From contig CACYQZ010000002.1 in NCBI GenBank assembly GCA_902776665.1, forward strand, positions 10,329 through 74,328: DNA of 64,000 nt. The letters are read 5' to 3'. Below, one piece after another: positions 29,170 through 36,770 of the stretch. Position 1 is the first letter of the stretch. Every line of letters starts with the position of its first letter. The notes beneath the pieces were generated by a model. The model was not told where the DNA came from. It searched no databases and was given only the letters and a program-made list of their open reading frames with translations. The translations under genes and the position numbers were made by a program. Source of the stretch: an uncultured Prevotellaceae bacterium (GTDB lineage Bacteria; Bacteroidota; Bacteroidia; Bacteroidales; Bacteroidaceae).

Positions 29170-29256
29170 AAAATGAAAAAATGAAAAATTGAAGAACTGA
29201 AAACACCAAGGTCTCATTGTAACCTCAATTTTCAACTCTTCAATTCTTCAATTCTT
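29170..29256. repeat. Two oppositely oriented heptamer tracts forming an imperfect inverted repeat (acpP-fabF intergenic)
   Basis: GAAAAATTGAAGAACTGAAAA ... TTTTCAACTCTTCAATTCTTC; 18/21 complementary. Confidence 0.7.
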
Positions 29257-29264
29257 AACTATTT

Positions 29265-29501
29265 TTACTTCGCATTCTCCTCGATGTAAGCGATGGCATC
29301 GCCAACGGTGGAAATTTTCTCAGCCTTGTCGTCGGGGATGGAAATGCCGAATTCCTTCTCAAACTCCATGATGAGTTCGACGGTATCCAGCGAATCAGCA
29401 CCCAGATCGTTCGTGAAACTTGCTTCGGGCTTAACCTCCGCTTCGTCAACACCAAGTTTGTCTACGATAATAGCTTGTACTCTGCTTTCGATTTCTGACA
29501 T
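29265..29501 (-). CDS. acpP: Acyl carrier protein
   Basis: [12 protein letters not shown] phosphopantetheine motif; 78 aa, acidic. Confidence 0.98.
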   Translation of the reverse strand: MSEIESRVQAIIVDKLGVDEAEVKPEASFTNDLGADSLDTVELIMEFEKEFGISIPDDKAEKISTVGDAIAYIEENAK

Positions 29502-29728
29502 AATTTTTCTTTTTTTAAGTTGTTAATAATGTTATTCTGATTCAAAATCGGGTGCAAAGGAACAAATTTTTATTCAATTACCCAAACTTTTTTTGAAAAA
29601 AAGCGCATATCTTTGCACAAACCATACTACATTGTGCAATTTTTCGAGCCTTTTTTTTGCTCATTTCAAAATAAATGATTATTTTTGCCGAAAATATGAA
29701 CATTACTACTAAAAAATAGAAAGAAATT

Positions 29729-30352
29729 ATGGCAACATTCACTGAAAAATGCAATGATATTTTCATTCGCGTCATCAATGATTACCATCTGACCGACAAC
29801 GTCGATGCCAACATCAACAACCCGTTCGAGCGCGACTCGATCGAGAACAAACTCTACCTGAAATGCTGGATCGACACGGTGCAGTGGCATCTCGAAGACA
29901 TTATTCGTGACCCGCACATCGACCCCGTCGAGGCACTGCTGCTGAAGCGCCGCATCGACCGCTCGAACCAGGAGCGTACCGACCTCGTGGAGCAAATCGA
30001 CAGCTATTTCCTGCAACGCTACCACGGCGTTGAGGTACTGCCCGATGCGACCATCAACACCGAGAGTCCGGCGTGGGCCCTCGACCGACTGAGCATTCTC
30101 GCGCTGAAAATCTATCACATGCGCGAACAAGTCGAGCGCACCGACGCGTCGGAAGAACATCTCGACCGCTGCCGGCAGAAACTCAGCGTGCTGCTCGAAC
30201 AGCAAATCGACCTTTCATCGGCCATCGACCAACTTCTGGCCGACATCGAGGCGGGACGGAAGTTCATGAAGGTCTATCGCCAGATGAAAATGTATAACGA
30301 CCCTGCGACAAATCCAATATTATATAATAAGGAGTCGAGGAGTAAGGAGTAA
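29729..30352 (+). CDS. DUF4254-like conserved protein
   Basis: CWIDTVQWHLEDIIRDP, NTESPAWALDRLSILALKIYHM, KVYRQMKMYND; typical Bacteroidota partner of the GT9 gene. Confidence 0.82.
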   Translation: MATFTEKCNDIFIRVINDYHLTDNVDANINNPFERDSIENKLYLKCWIDTVQWHLEDIIRDPHIDPVEALLLKRRIDRSNQERTDLVEQIDSYFLQRYHGVEVLPDATINTESPAWALDRLSILALKIYHMREQVERTDASEEHLDRCRQKLSVLLEQQIDLSSAIDQLLADIEAGRKFMKVYRQMKMYNDPATNPILYNKESRSKE

Positions 30353-30368
30353 AGGGAGTTGAGAAGTG
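30331..30368 (+). repeat. GGAGTAA-type short tandem repeat spanning the DUF4254 stop and the GT9 start
   Basis: ggagtcgaggagtaaggagtaaagggagttgagaagtg. Confidence 0.65.
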
Positions 30369-31421
30369 AAGATTGAGCATCTGTTGATCATCCGTTTTTC
30401 GGCAATGGGCGACGTCGCCATGACGGTGCCGATTGTCAGTTCGTTGGCGCGACAATATCCAAACATTCGCATCACCGTGCTGAGCAAACCGTTTGCACGC
30501 GCCTTTTTCGACGGATTGGCCCCGAATGTCAGTTTCATGGGAGCCGACATCAAAGGCGAATATCGCGGTGTGAAAGGACTGAATGCACTCTATCGACGAC
30601 TGTCCGCCAAGCATTTCACGGCGATCGCCGATCTCCATGACACGCTTCGCTCGAAATACTTGCGGATGCGCTTCAACCTCAGTCGCAACAACGTGGAACA
30701 CATCAACAAACACAAATCTGGCCGTCGCCGACTCTGTGCGCAGCACAACAAACTACTTGAACAGCAGCCCACTCCCTTCGAAAACTATGCCGAAGTGTTC
30801 CGAAAACTTGGTTTTCCCGTCGAATGTCGCTTTGCTGATGTTTACGAGCATCACGACCCCGATTTCTCGGTGCTCCCAACCGAATTCCAACGGCAAAAAT
30901 CGGCTGAAAAATGGATTGGAATTGCGCCCTTTGCCGCCCACATCGGAAAAATCTATCCGTTAGAGCGCATGGAGCGCGTCATTCAATTGCTCAGCCAGAG
31001 AAACGACCTGAATATTTTCCTTTTCGGCGGTGGAAAAACCGAAAAAATACAACTCGACCAATGGGCGGCGAAATATCCGCAATGCACCAATGTCACGGGT
31101 CGACTCGACGGTTTGAAACAAGAATTGCTGCTCATTCGCCAACTCGACCTCATGCTGACGATGGACTCCGCCAATATGCATTTGGCATCGCTCGTCGCCA
31201 CGCCTGCCGTCAGCATTTGGGGTGCCACCCATCCCTTTGCCGGTTTCATGGGTTGGAACCAGTCTGCCGACAATGCCGTTCAGGTCGATTTACCCTGCCG
31301 TCCCTGTTCCATCTACGGCAAAAAACCGTGTCATCGGGGCGATTATGCGTGCCTGAATGAAATTCAACCAGAAACCATTGTGAAAAAAGTTGTGGAAAAC
31401 TTTGTGGAAAAAGTGGGATAA
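30366..31421 (+). CDS. Glycosyltransferase family 9 (LPS heptosyltransferase-like)
   Basis: IRFSAMGDVAM, DLHDTLRS, IGIAPFAAH, MDSANMHLA, WGATHP, PCRPCS. Confidence 0.9.
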   Translation: MKIEHLLIIRFSAMGDVAMTVPIVSSLARQYPNIRITVLSKPFARAFFDGLAPNVSFMGADIKGEYRGVKGLNALYRRLSAKHFTAIADLHDTLRSKYLRMRFNLSRNNVEHINKHKSGRRRLCAQHNKLLEQQPTPFENYAEVFRKLGFPVECRFADVYEHHDPDFSVLPTEFQRQKSAEKWIGIAPFAAHIGKIYPLERMERVIQLLSQRNDLNIFLFGGGKTEKIQLDQWAAKYPQCTNVTGRLDGLKQELLLIRQLDLMLTMDSANMHLASLVATPAVSIWGATHPFAGFMGWNQSADNAVQVDLPCRPCSIYGKKPCHRGDYACLNEIQPETIVKKVVENFVEKVG

Positions 31422-31755
31422 AAATTGTGGAAAAATATTTTCGGTGAATTTACGTGGAAAAGTGGGAAAGAAATTAGATTTTTTCCTGCTTTTTTCAACA
31501 ATATCGACGGAAAAAAAGTTATGAAATTATCAACAATCGGCGATTTTTCAATTTTGTGGATAACTATATAATTATCTGATTTTCAATTTTTATATTATCA
31601 TAAAATGTGGAAAAATCAAATTGGAATGTGGAGAACGAAAAAACAAAAATATTTGAGGAAAAGTTATCAAATTTTCAACGGGATATCATCATCACCAAAG
31701 TTTTTTTAAATTAAAAATAAAGAAATAAATAATAATTGATGATTGTGGATAAAAC
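31391..31755. other. Probable chromosomal replication origin (oriC)
   Basis: TTWTNCACA matches on the minus strand at 31391, 31403, 31426, 31555, 31606 and 31744 (two are TGTGGATAA); near matches at 31453, 31492, 31527 and 31627; very AT-rich tract at 31700-31740; lies between convergent genes. Confidence 0.8.
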
Positions 31756-33186
31756 TCAAGGAAGCACTTCGATGGTTCGATGGTTGATAATCCAAACGGC
31801 ATCGAATTGTTGGGAGTCGAGTTGGCGTCGCGCTAATTCTTGTGCCGTTTTTTGCGCCATTGCGTTGCGCTGAATTGTGGTGTCGCTCACCATTTTTGGC
31901 CATTCGTCATTCGTTTCAAATTGCACGGCACGACCCCATCCGAGTGCGTCGGACGGTACCACGCAAAACGATGAAAGTCGCGGATAATCGTCTTCGATGA
32001 TAATCAAAAAAGCATTTTTCGGTGGTTGCGCCGTTTTTACGATGATTTCACGTGCCATTTCTCGTCCGATAAGTCCCGATTGATAGGATTTCCACCAAAG
32101 GTGAACATCGACGAAAATGGCCGCAATGAAATATGAAATAAAGGTAATTTTGAGCCATTTTCGATGTTTTGTTTGTTCGATGATGGTTCCAATGATCATT
32201 GCTGCGAGCGCCAATCCCGCGTAGGCGTGCATCATACTGAAAACGGTGAAAAGATGGGGTGCAACGGCGATGAAAAGGCTGAAAACGAGGCAAATCAGCG
32301 ATTTTTGTTTGAAAAAAGAAACATTTTTAAAAAAAAGAAAGTAGAGTAGTGGGAGCGACAGCAAAATCGTGGCTGAAGCAATGAAAATGTTTCGACTTGG
32401 CGCGTGTAGCAGTGCCGCAAAATCCACCGCCATCCACGTTGTCAACAGGAATTTAAAGAAACTGGTGACGATTTTTGAACCTTCGGGCACGTATTCGGGA
32501 TGGATTTCGATGTTTTTCGGTAAAATAAAGATGGCTGCGGCATAAAAAAGCATCAAAACAAAGCCGATGAAGAGGTCTTTTCGACATGTTCGGAAGTCAA
32601 TTTTATCGAATCCGAAGGCCAAAATCGGTACGATAATCGCCCACATTAGTGCATTTTCCTTGCAGAGCGTTCCAATCGCCACGAAAACGAGCCAAAAAAC
32701 GTATTTTTTTTGCCCTCTGAGCGACAAATATACCAGTGCCGATGCCAATGCCCACAGGTTCGCGTAAGTTTGATTCAGACCATCGACAGCGAGCACTGTC
32801 GCCAACATTCCAGGCGAAAGGAAAAAAAACAGCGTCGCAAGGTTTCGAGATGTTTTTCCAAAGCCGAGTTTCAACAAAATTTGATACAAGAGAATCGTTC
32901 CACCAACGTGTCCGATGACGACGCAAATGTGGTTCAACAGCGGGAAAAGCGACTGCGGATTTCGTCCGACGATGTAGCCGAAAATCGAGTCAAACGGTCG
33001 CCAATGGTAACCGAAAAACAAAAAGCGTTCTTTCGTGTAAAATGGTTCTTGCGAGGGCGAAACAAGCGATGTCCAATCGTCGAAAGTGGGCAAAATCGGA
33101 ATGGCTCCAGTCAAAAGCAGCGGAAAAAACAATCCGACAAGCGCAATGCTCCAATGCTCTTTTAATTGACGATGGCAATTTTGCAT
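31756..33186 (-). CDS. Polytopic membrane protein, possible GT-C-fold glycosyltransferase
   Basis: 476 aa, ~10 TMs; acidic FDDW motif after TM1; CKENA in a later loop; soluble C-terminal tail. Confidence 0.65.
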   Translation of the reverse strand: MQNCHRQLKEHWSIALVGLFFPLLLTGAIPILPTFDDWTSLVSPSQEPFYTKERFLFFGYHWRPFDSIFGYIVGRNPQSLFPLLNHICVVIGHVGGTILLYQILLKLGFGKTSRNLATLFFFLSPGMLATVLAVDGLNQTYANLWALASALVYLSLRGQKKYVFWLVFVAIGTLCKENALMWAIIVPILAFGFDKIDFRTCRKDLFIGFVLMLFYAAAIFILPKNIEIHPEYVPEGSKIVTSFFKFLLTTWMAVDFAALLHAPSRNIFIASATILLSLPLLYFLFFKNVSFFKQKSLICLVFSLFIAVAPHLFTVFSMMHAYAGLALAAMIIGTIIEQTKHRKWLKITFISYFIAAIFVDVHLWWKSYQSGLIGREMAREIIVKTAQPPKNAFLIIIEDDYPRLSSFCVVPSDALGWGRAVQFETNDEWPKMVSDTTIQRNAMAQKTAQELARRQLDSQQFDAVWIINHRTIEVLP

Positions 33187-35165
33187 ACCGTTCCTTTATT
33201 TCCGTCGGCAGTAGCCGCCATCACCATATAAACGCCCGAAGCCACGCGCCGACCCGTCGTTTGGTCGCGTCCGTCCCATGTGAAAGTACCGCCATTGCTA
33301 CGACCTTCTGCCACGAGTCCACCATTGGCCGTGACGATTTTTACATCAGCGTCGTACGACAGTCCGACAACGGTGATGATGCCCGTATAATCGGGTTTGA
33401 CAGGGTTCGGATAGGCATAGACATGGTCTTTGTCCATCGTTTCGTAGGCCGTCGTGGCATCGCTCATATATGAGCAAAGACCATCGGAAGTCGAAAAGAA
33501 AATTTCGCCACTTGTTTCGTCGATAGCCAAATCTTCGATATAATCCGAGAGAAGTTCGCTGTTGTTCGCCGTGAAATGGTGGATTTGCTCCATATTATCG
33601 GCACTGACGAGATAAACGCCGTTGCCGTAGGTTCCGAACCATTTCCTACCTGCTGCATCGACCTTGATCGCCGAAATATTCACACCGCTCAGCAGGTAGT
33701 CGGCATAGTTTGTACCATCGTTGCGAGGCACTTTCACCTGTGTGAAAATGGGGTCATCGACGCCAAATTGTTTCGGGTCGAGATAGAACGGACCGAGATT
33801 TGTGCCCACCCAGATGTTTCCCGACTTGTCTTCTTCGACGCAATGCACCTTTCCGACGGCATAAGTCGTCATGTCTTGGTTGGTGAAAGTAGTGTAGGCA
33901 TCGAGTTTGTCGGTGGCGGGATTGTAGCAGTAGAGCGACGGAATTCGCCAGTGGTCGTTGACGAACCAAAGTCGGTTGTTGCTGTCTAAAATCATGCGTT
34001 CCAACGAACCCAGACTCTTATTGATGAAACCTCCGTCGTTGAGTTGCATCAGTTCGCTGTGGGGATGGCTCGACCAGTTGCCTTGACGGTTCATTTCGAT
34101 GATGGATTGCGTTGGCGCCTGACTGTTCAAACACCACAAATTGCCGTCTTTGTCGAATTTCACGGTGAAAATCAGTTCGTATTCCTCGTGGATTTTATCG
34201 AAAATTTCGATGGGCGAATTTTTGTGGTTATAATGTTTGACAAACTCGCCATTTTTAAATTCATAGACACCATTTCGCGAACAGGCAAACACGCGGTTCG
34301 GGTCGAGTGGATCCACGTCGAGTTCAACGATTCCAGGGAAACTCAAACCCGTCGTTTGACTGATGTTTGTGGTATTAAAATTGCCCCATTCATCGTTTTT
34401 TAAAGTCTGGATGATGCCTGCATCGTCGGTGAGTCCGTTCGTGGCGTAAAGCGTTCCATCGACAAATTTCAAGTATTCATAACTGTTGAGTTTCGGTCCG
34501 TCGGGATTCACATCTTTCACCTTTTCGAGCAGTTCGGGATCGATGATTTTCGATTGTGGATGGTAGTCGCCGACGCGGTTCCAATTGGCTTTGTCGAGCA
34601 GGTTACTGTTGAGGTTGGCGGCGTAGAGTCCGTTCGTTTCCGACGAAGCGAAAATTTTCCCATTTTCGATGTAGCAATGGTTCACCTTAAAACCGAGTTG
34701 ATAAGTATCGCTGATTTCGCCCTTGGAAACGTTGATTTTCAGGATGCCGAACCCCGTGGAAATATAGGCGAACTGGTCGTAATTATAGATGTCGTTCACG
34801 GTTTTGTCGCCCGTCACCGATTTCATATAGTATTCGGGCATATTCGTGCAGTTTCCGTTGGGTTCAAGCAGGTCGATGTTCTTGTTTTCATAGACGACGA
34901 CGAGTCGTTTCGCCTTTTGGTTCCACGCGATATGGGCAATCGAGCAGTCGCTCAGTGCATCCATTTTACTGAAGGTTCGGACGCTGTGGTCTTGCGTGTT
35001 ATAGAGATAGAGATTTTTACTGGCGAGCACGAAAAGTTCGTGGCCGGCCTGCTCGATTTCGGTGATATGGGTGTATGCCAAATATGCCTTCCACGAACCG
35101 ATGCTGGCGGCTTGAATCGCGGTTGTAGCCAGAAAAATGGCGAATGAAACAAGAATTTTCTTCAT
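33162..35165 (-). CDS. porZ: T9SS component PorZ (beta-propeller protein with C-terminal sorting domain)
   Basis: Signal peptide; GSWKAYLAY; propeller repeats; VPRNDGTNYADYLL; YAYPNPV...WDGRD..GRRVASGVY. Confidence 0.82.
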   Translation of the reverse strand: MKKILVSFAIFLATTAIQAASIGSWKAYLAYTHITEIEQAGHELFVLASKNLYLYNTQDHSVRTFSKMDALSDCSIAHIAWNQKAKRLVVVYENKNIDLLEPNGNCTNMPEYYMKSVTGDKTVNDIYNYDQFAYISTGFGILKINVSKGEISDTYQLGFKVNHCYIENGKIFASSETNGLYAANLNSNLLDKANWNRVGDYHPQSKIIDPELLEKVKDVNPDGPKLNSYEYLKFVDGTLYATNGLTDDAGIIQTLKNDEWGNFNTTNISQTTGLSFPGIVELDVDPLDPNRVFACSRNGVYEFKNGEFVKHYNHKNSPIEIFDKIHEEYELIFTVKFDKDGNLWCLNSQAPTQSIIEMNRQGNWSSHPHSELMQLNDGGFINKSLGSLERMILDSNNRLWFVNDHWRIPSLYCYNPATDKLDAYTTFTNQDMTTYAVGKVHCVEEDKSGNIWVGTNLGPFYLDPKQFGVDDPIFTQVKVPRNDGTNYADYLLSGVNISAIKVDAAGRKWFGTYGNGVYLVSADNMEQIHHFTANNSELLSDYIEDLAIDETSGEIFFSTSDGLCSYMSDATTAYETMDKDHVYAYPNPVKPDYTGIITVVGLSYDADVKIVTANGGLVAEGRSNGGTFTWDGRDQTTGRRVASGVYMVMAATADGNKGTVCKIAIVN

Positions 35166-35172
35166 TTTTTTA

Positions 35173-35775
35173 TTATTTAAAATATTCTGCCAACTTTTTC
35201 ACCGCTCTCGCTCGATGCGAAATCGTGTTTTTGATGTCGGCACCGAGTTCGGCAAACGATTGGTCGTAGCCGTCGGGCACGAAAATCGGGTCGTAGCCAA
35301 AACCTTCCTCGCCGCTTTTCTCGTGGGCGATGCGACCTTCGACGATGCCCTCGAAGAGTTTGGCGACCTTGTTTCCGTTGCCGTCCGACTCTAATAACGC
35401 GATAACGGTACGAAATCGTGCCTTGCGATTGTTATTATTTCCTAATTTCCGCAATAATTTCTGCATATTGGCCTCGCTGTCGTGACTTTCCGAGCCGTCG
35501 CCGTCGAGGGCGGCATAGCGGGCACTGTGAACGCCAGGTTCGCCACCGAGTGCATCGACTTCCAAGCCCGTGTCGTCGGCAAAGCAGTCGTAGCCGTATT
35601 TTTCAGCGATGAATTGCGCTTTTTGAAGGGCATTTTCCTGCAATGTGTCGTGGTCTTCGGGAATGTCGTCGTGGCAACCGATGTCGTTGAGCGACAAAAC
35701 CTCGAATTTATCGCCGAGAATCTGCCGAATTTCCTCCAATTTATGCTGGTTGTTGGTCGCAAAAACAATTTTCAT
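35173..35775 (-). CDS. rdgB: Non-canonical purine NTP pyrophosphatase (RdgB/HAM1)
   Basis: [36 protein letters not shown]. Confidence 0.96.
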   Translation of the reverse strand: MKIVFATNNQHKLEEIRQILGDKFEVLSLNDIGCHDDIPEDHDTLQENALQKAQFIAEKYGYDCFADDTGLEVDALGGEPGVHSARYAALDGDGSESHDSEANMQKLLRKLGNNNNRKARFRTVIALLESDGNGNKVAKLFEGIVEGRIAHEKSGEEGFGYDPIFVPDGYDQSFAELGADIKNTISHRARAVKKLAEYFK

Positions 35776-35777
35776 CA

Positions 35778-35833
35778 TCTTCAATCTTCAATCTTCAATG
35801 TTCAATCTTCAATCTTCAATCTTCAATGTTTAA
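35778..35833 (-). repeat. TTGAAGA heptamer tract (x8) between yitT and rdgB
   Basis: Plus strand tcttcaa x3, tgttcaa, tcttcaa x3, tgtttaa. Confidence 0.92.
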
Positions 35834-36728
35834 TCTGGTCAAATCCTTCGCCATAGACACCGATGACAGCACTTTGCGACACGAAAGCCCTCGGGTCGAT
35901 GTTCTTGATGATGCGGAAAATGGCAGGACTCTCGTTTTTCTTCGCCAGAATACACAGCACGTTGCGCTTCTGACCCGTGTACCAGCCGTGTCCGTCGAGA
36001 ATCGTCACGCCGTGTTCCATCTTCGTACCGATTTCGTCGGCGATTTCCTTCCATTTCTCTGAGAAAATCAGGAACTGGACGCTGCTTCGCTGGCGGTTAT
36101 AGACGTAGTCGAGCATAAAATTCTCGATAATCATCGTGCAGAAACCGAACACGACCATATAAAGCCTTTCGAGCATCGTGCCGAACTGCGGAATGAACAA
36201 ACAGCTGCCGATGACGACGAAATCGACGAACACCAGCACCATTCCGAGCGACATATTGTAGTATTTGTTCACCGATGCGGCGATGATGTCGCTACCGCCC
36301 GTCGAACCGTTGTTTACGAAAATCAGTCCCATTGCCGAACCCGTGAGCATACAGCCGATGATGAGTGACATAAAATCCTGTCCTTCGCCGAGGATTTTTA
36401 CCATTTCGCCGGCCTCGTCGCGTGGCACAAATTCCTTCATCAAACCGAGCAGGAAGGTCAGCACGATGATAGCGTAGATGGTTTTCATCAGGAATTTCCA
36501 GCCGAGAATCTTCAATCCGACCAACAACAGCGCAGCATTCACGAGGAAATAGGTGTATTGGTTCGGAATGTCGGTCGCATACTGCGTGATGGCCGCGATA
36601 CCAGCCACGCCGCCCGTCACGATTTCGTAAGGCATCAGGAAGAACGTGAAGCCAAACGCATACATAATGAGGCCGAAAGTGATGCCGATGTAGTCTTTTG
36701 CCTCGGCTCGGATGATTTTTTTATCCAT
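35823..36728 (-). CDS. YitT family membrane protein
   Basis: VTGGVAGIA, NGSTGGSDIIA, HGVTILDGHGWYTG, IDPRAFV. Confidence 0.9.
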   Translation of the reverse strand: MDKKIIRAEAKDYIGITFGLIMYAFGFTFFLMPYEIVTGGVAGIAAITQYATDIPNQYTYFLVNAALLLVGLKILGWKFLMKTIYAIIVLTFLLGLMKEFVPRDEAGEMVKILGEGQDFMSLIIGCMLTGSAMGLIFVNNGSTGGSDIIAASVNKYYNMSLGMVLVFVDFVVIGSCLFIPQFGTMLERLYMVVFGFCTMIIENFMLDYVYNRQRSSVQFLIFSEKWKEIADEIGTKMEHGVTILDGHGWYTGQKRNVLCILAKKNESPAIFRIIKNIDPRAFVSQSAVIGVYGEGFDQIKH

Positions 36729-36747
36729 AGTTTCTCAATTTTTTCTC

Positions 36748-36768
36748 ACTTCACACTTCACACTTCAC
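36748..36768 (-). repeat. TGAAGTG heptamer x3 between leuS and yitT
   Basis: Plus strand cacttca x3. Confidence 0.8.
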
Positions 36769-36770
36769 GA

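Noticed and set aside
31447-31462. parS-like half sites at ~31450 (TTTACGTGGAAAA) and ~57750 in metK (TTTTCACGTGGGAA)
   Set aside because: Four or more mismatches to the consensus and not palindromic. The first is better read as a degenerate DnaA box.
35778-35833. Repeat tracts as CRISPR arrays
   Set aside because: The units are 7-8 nt and contiguous, with no unique spacers and no cas genes in the window.
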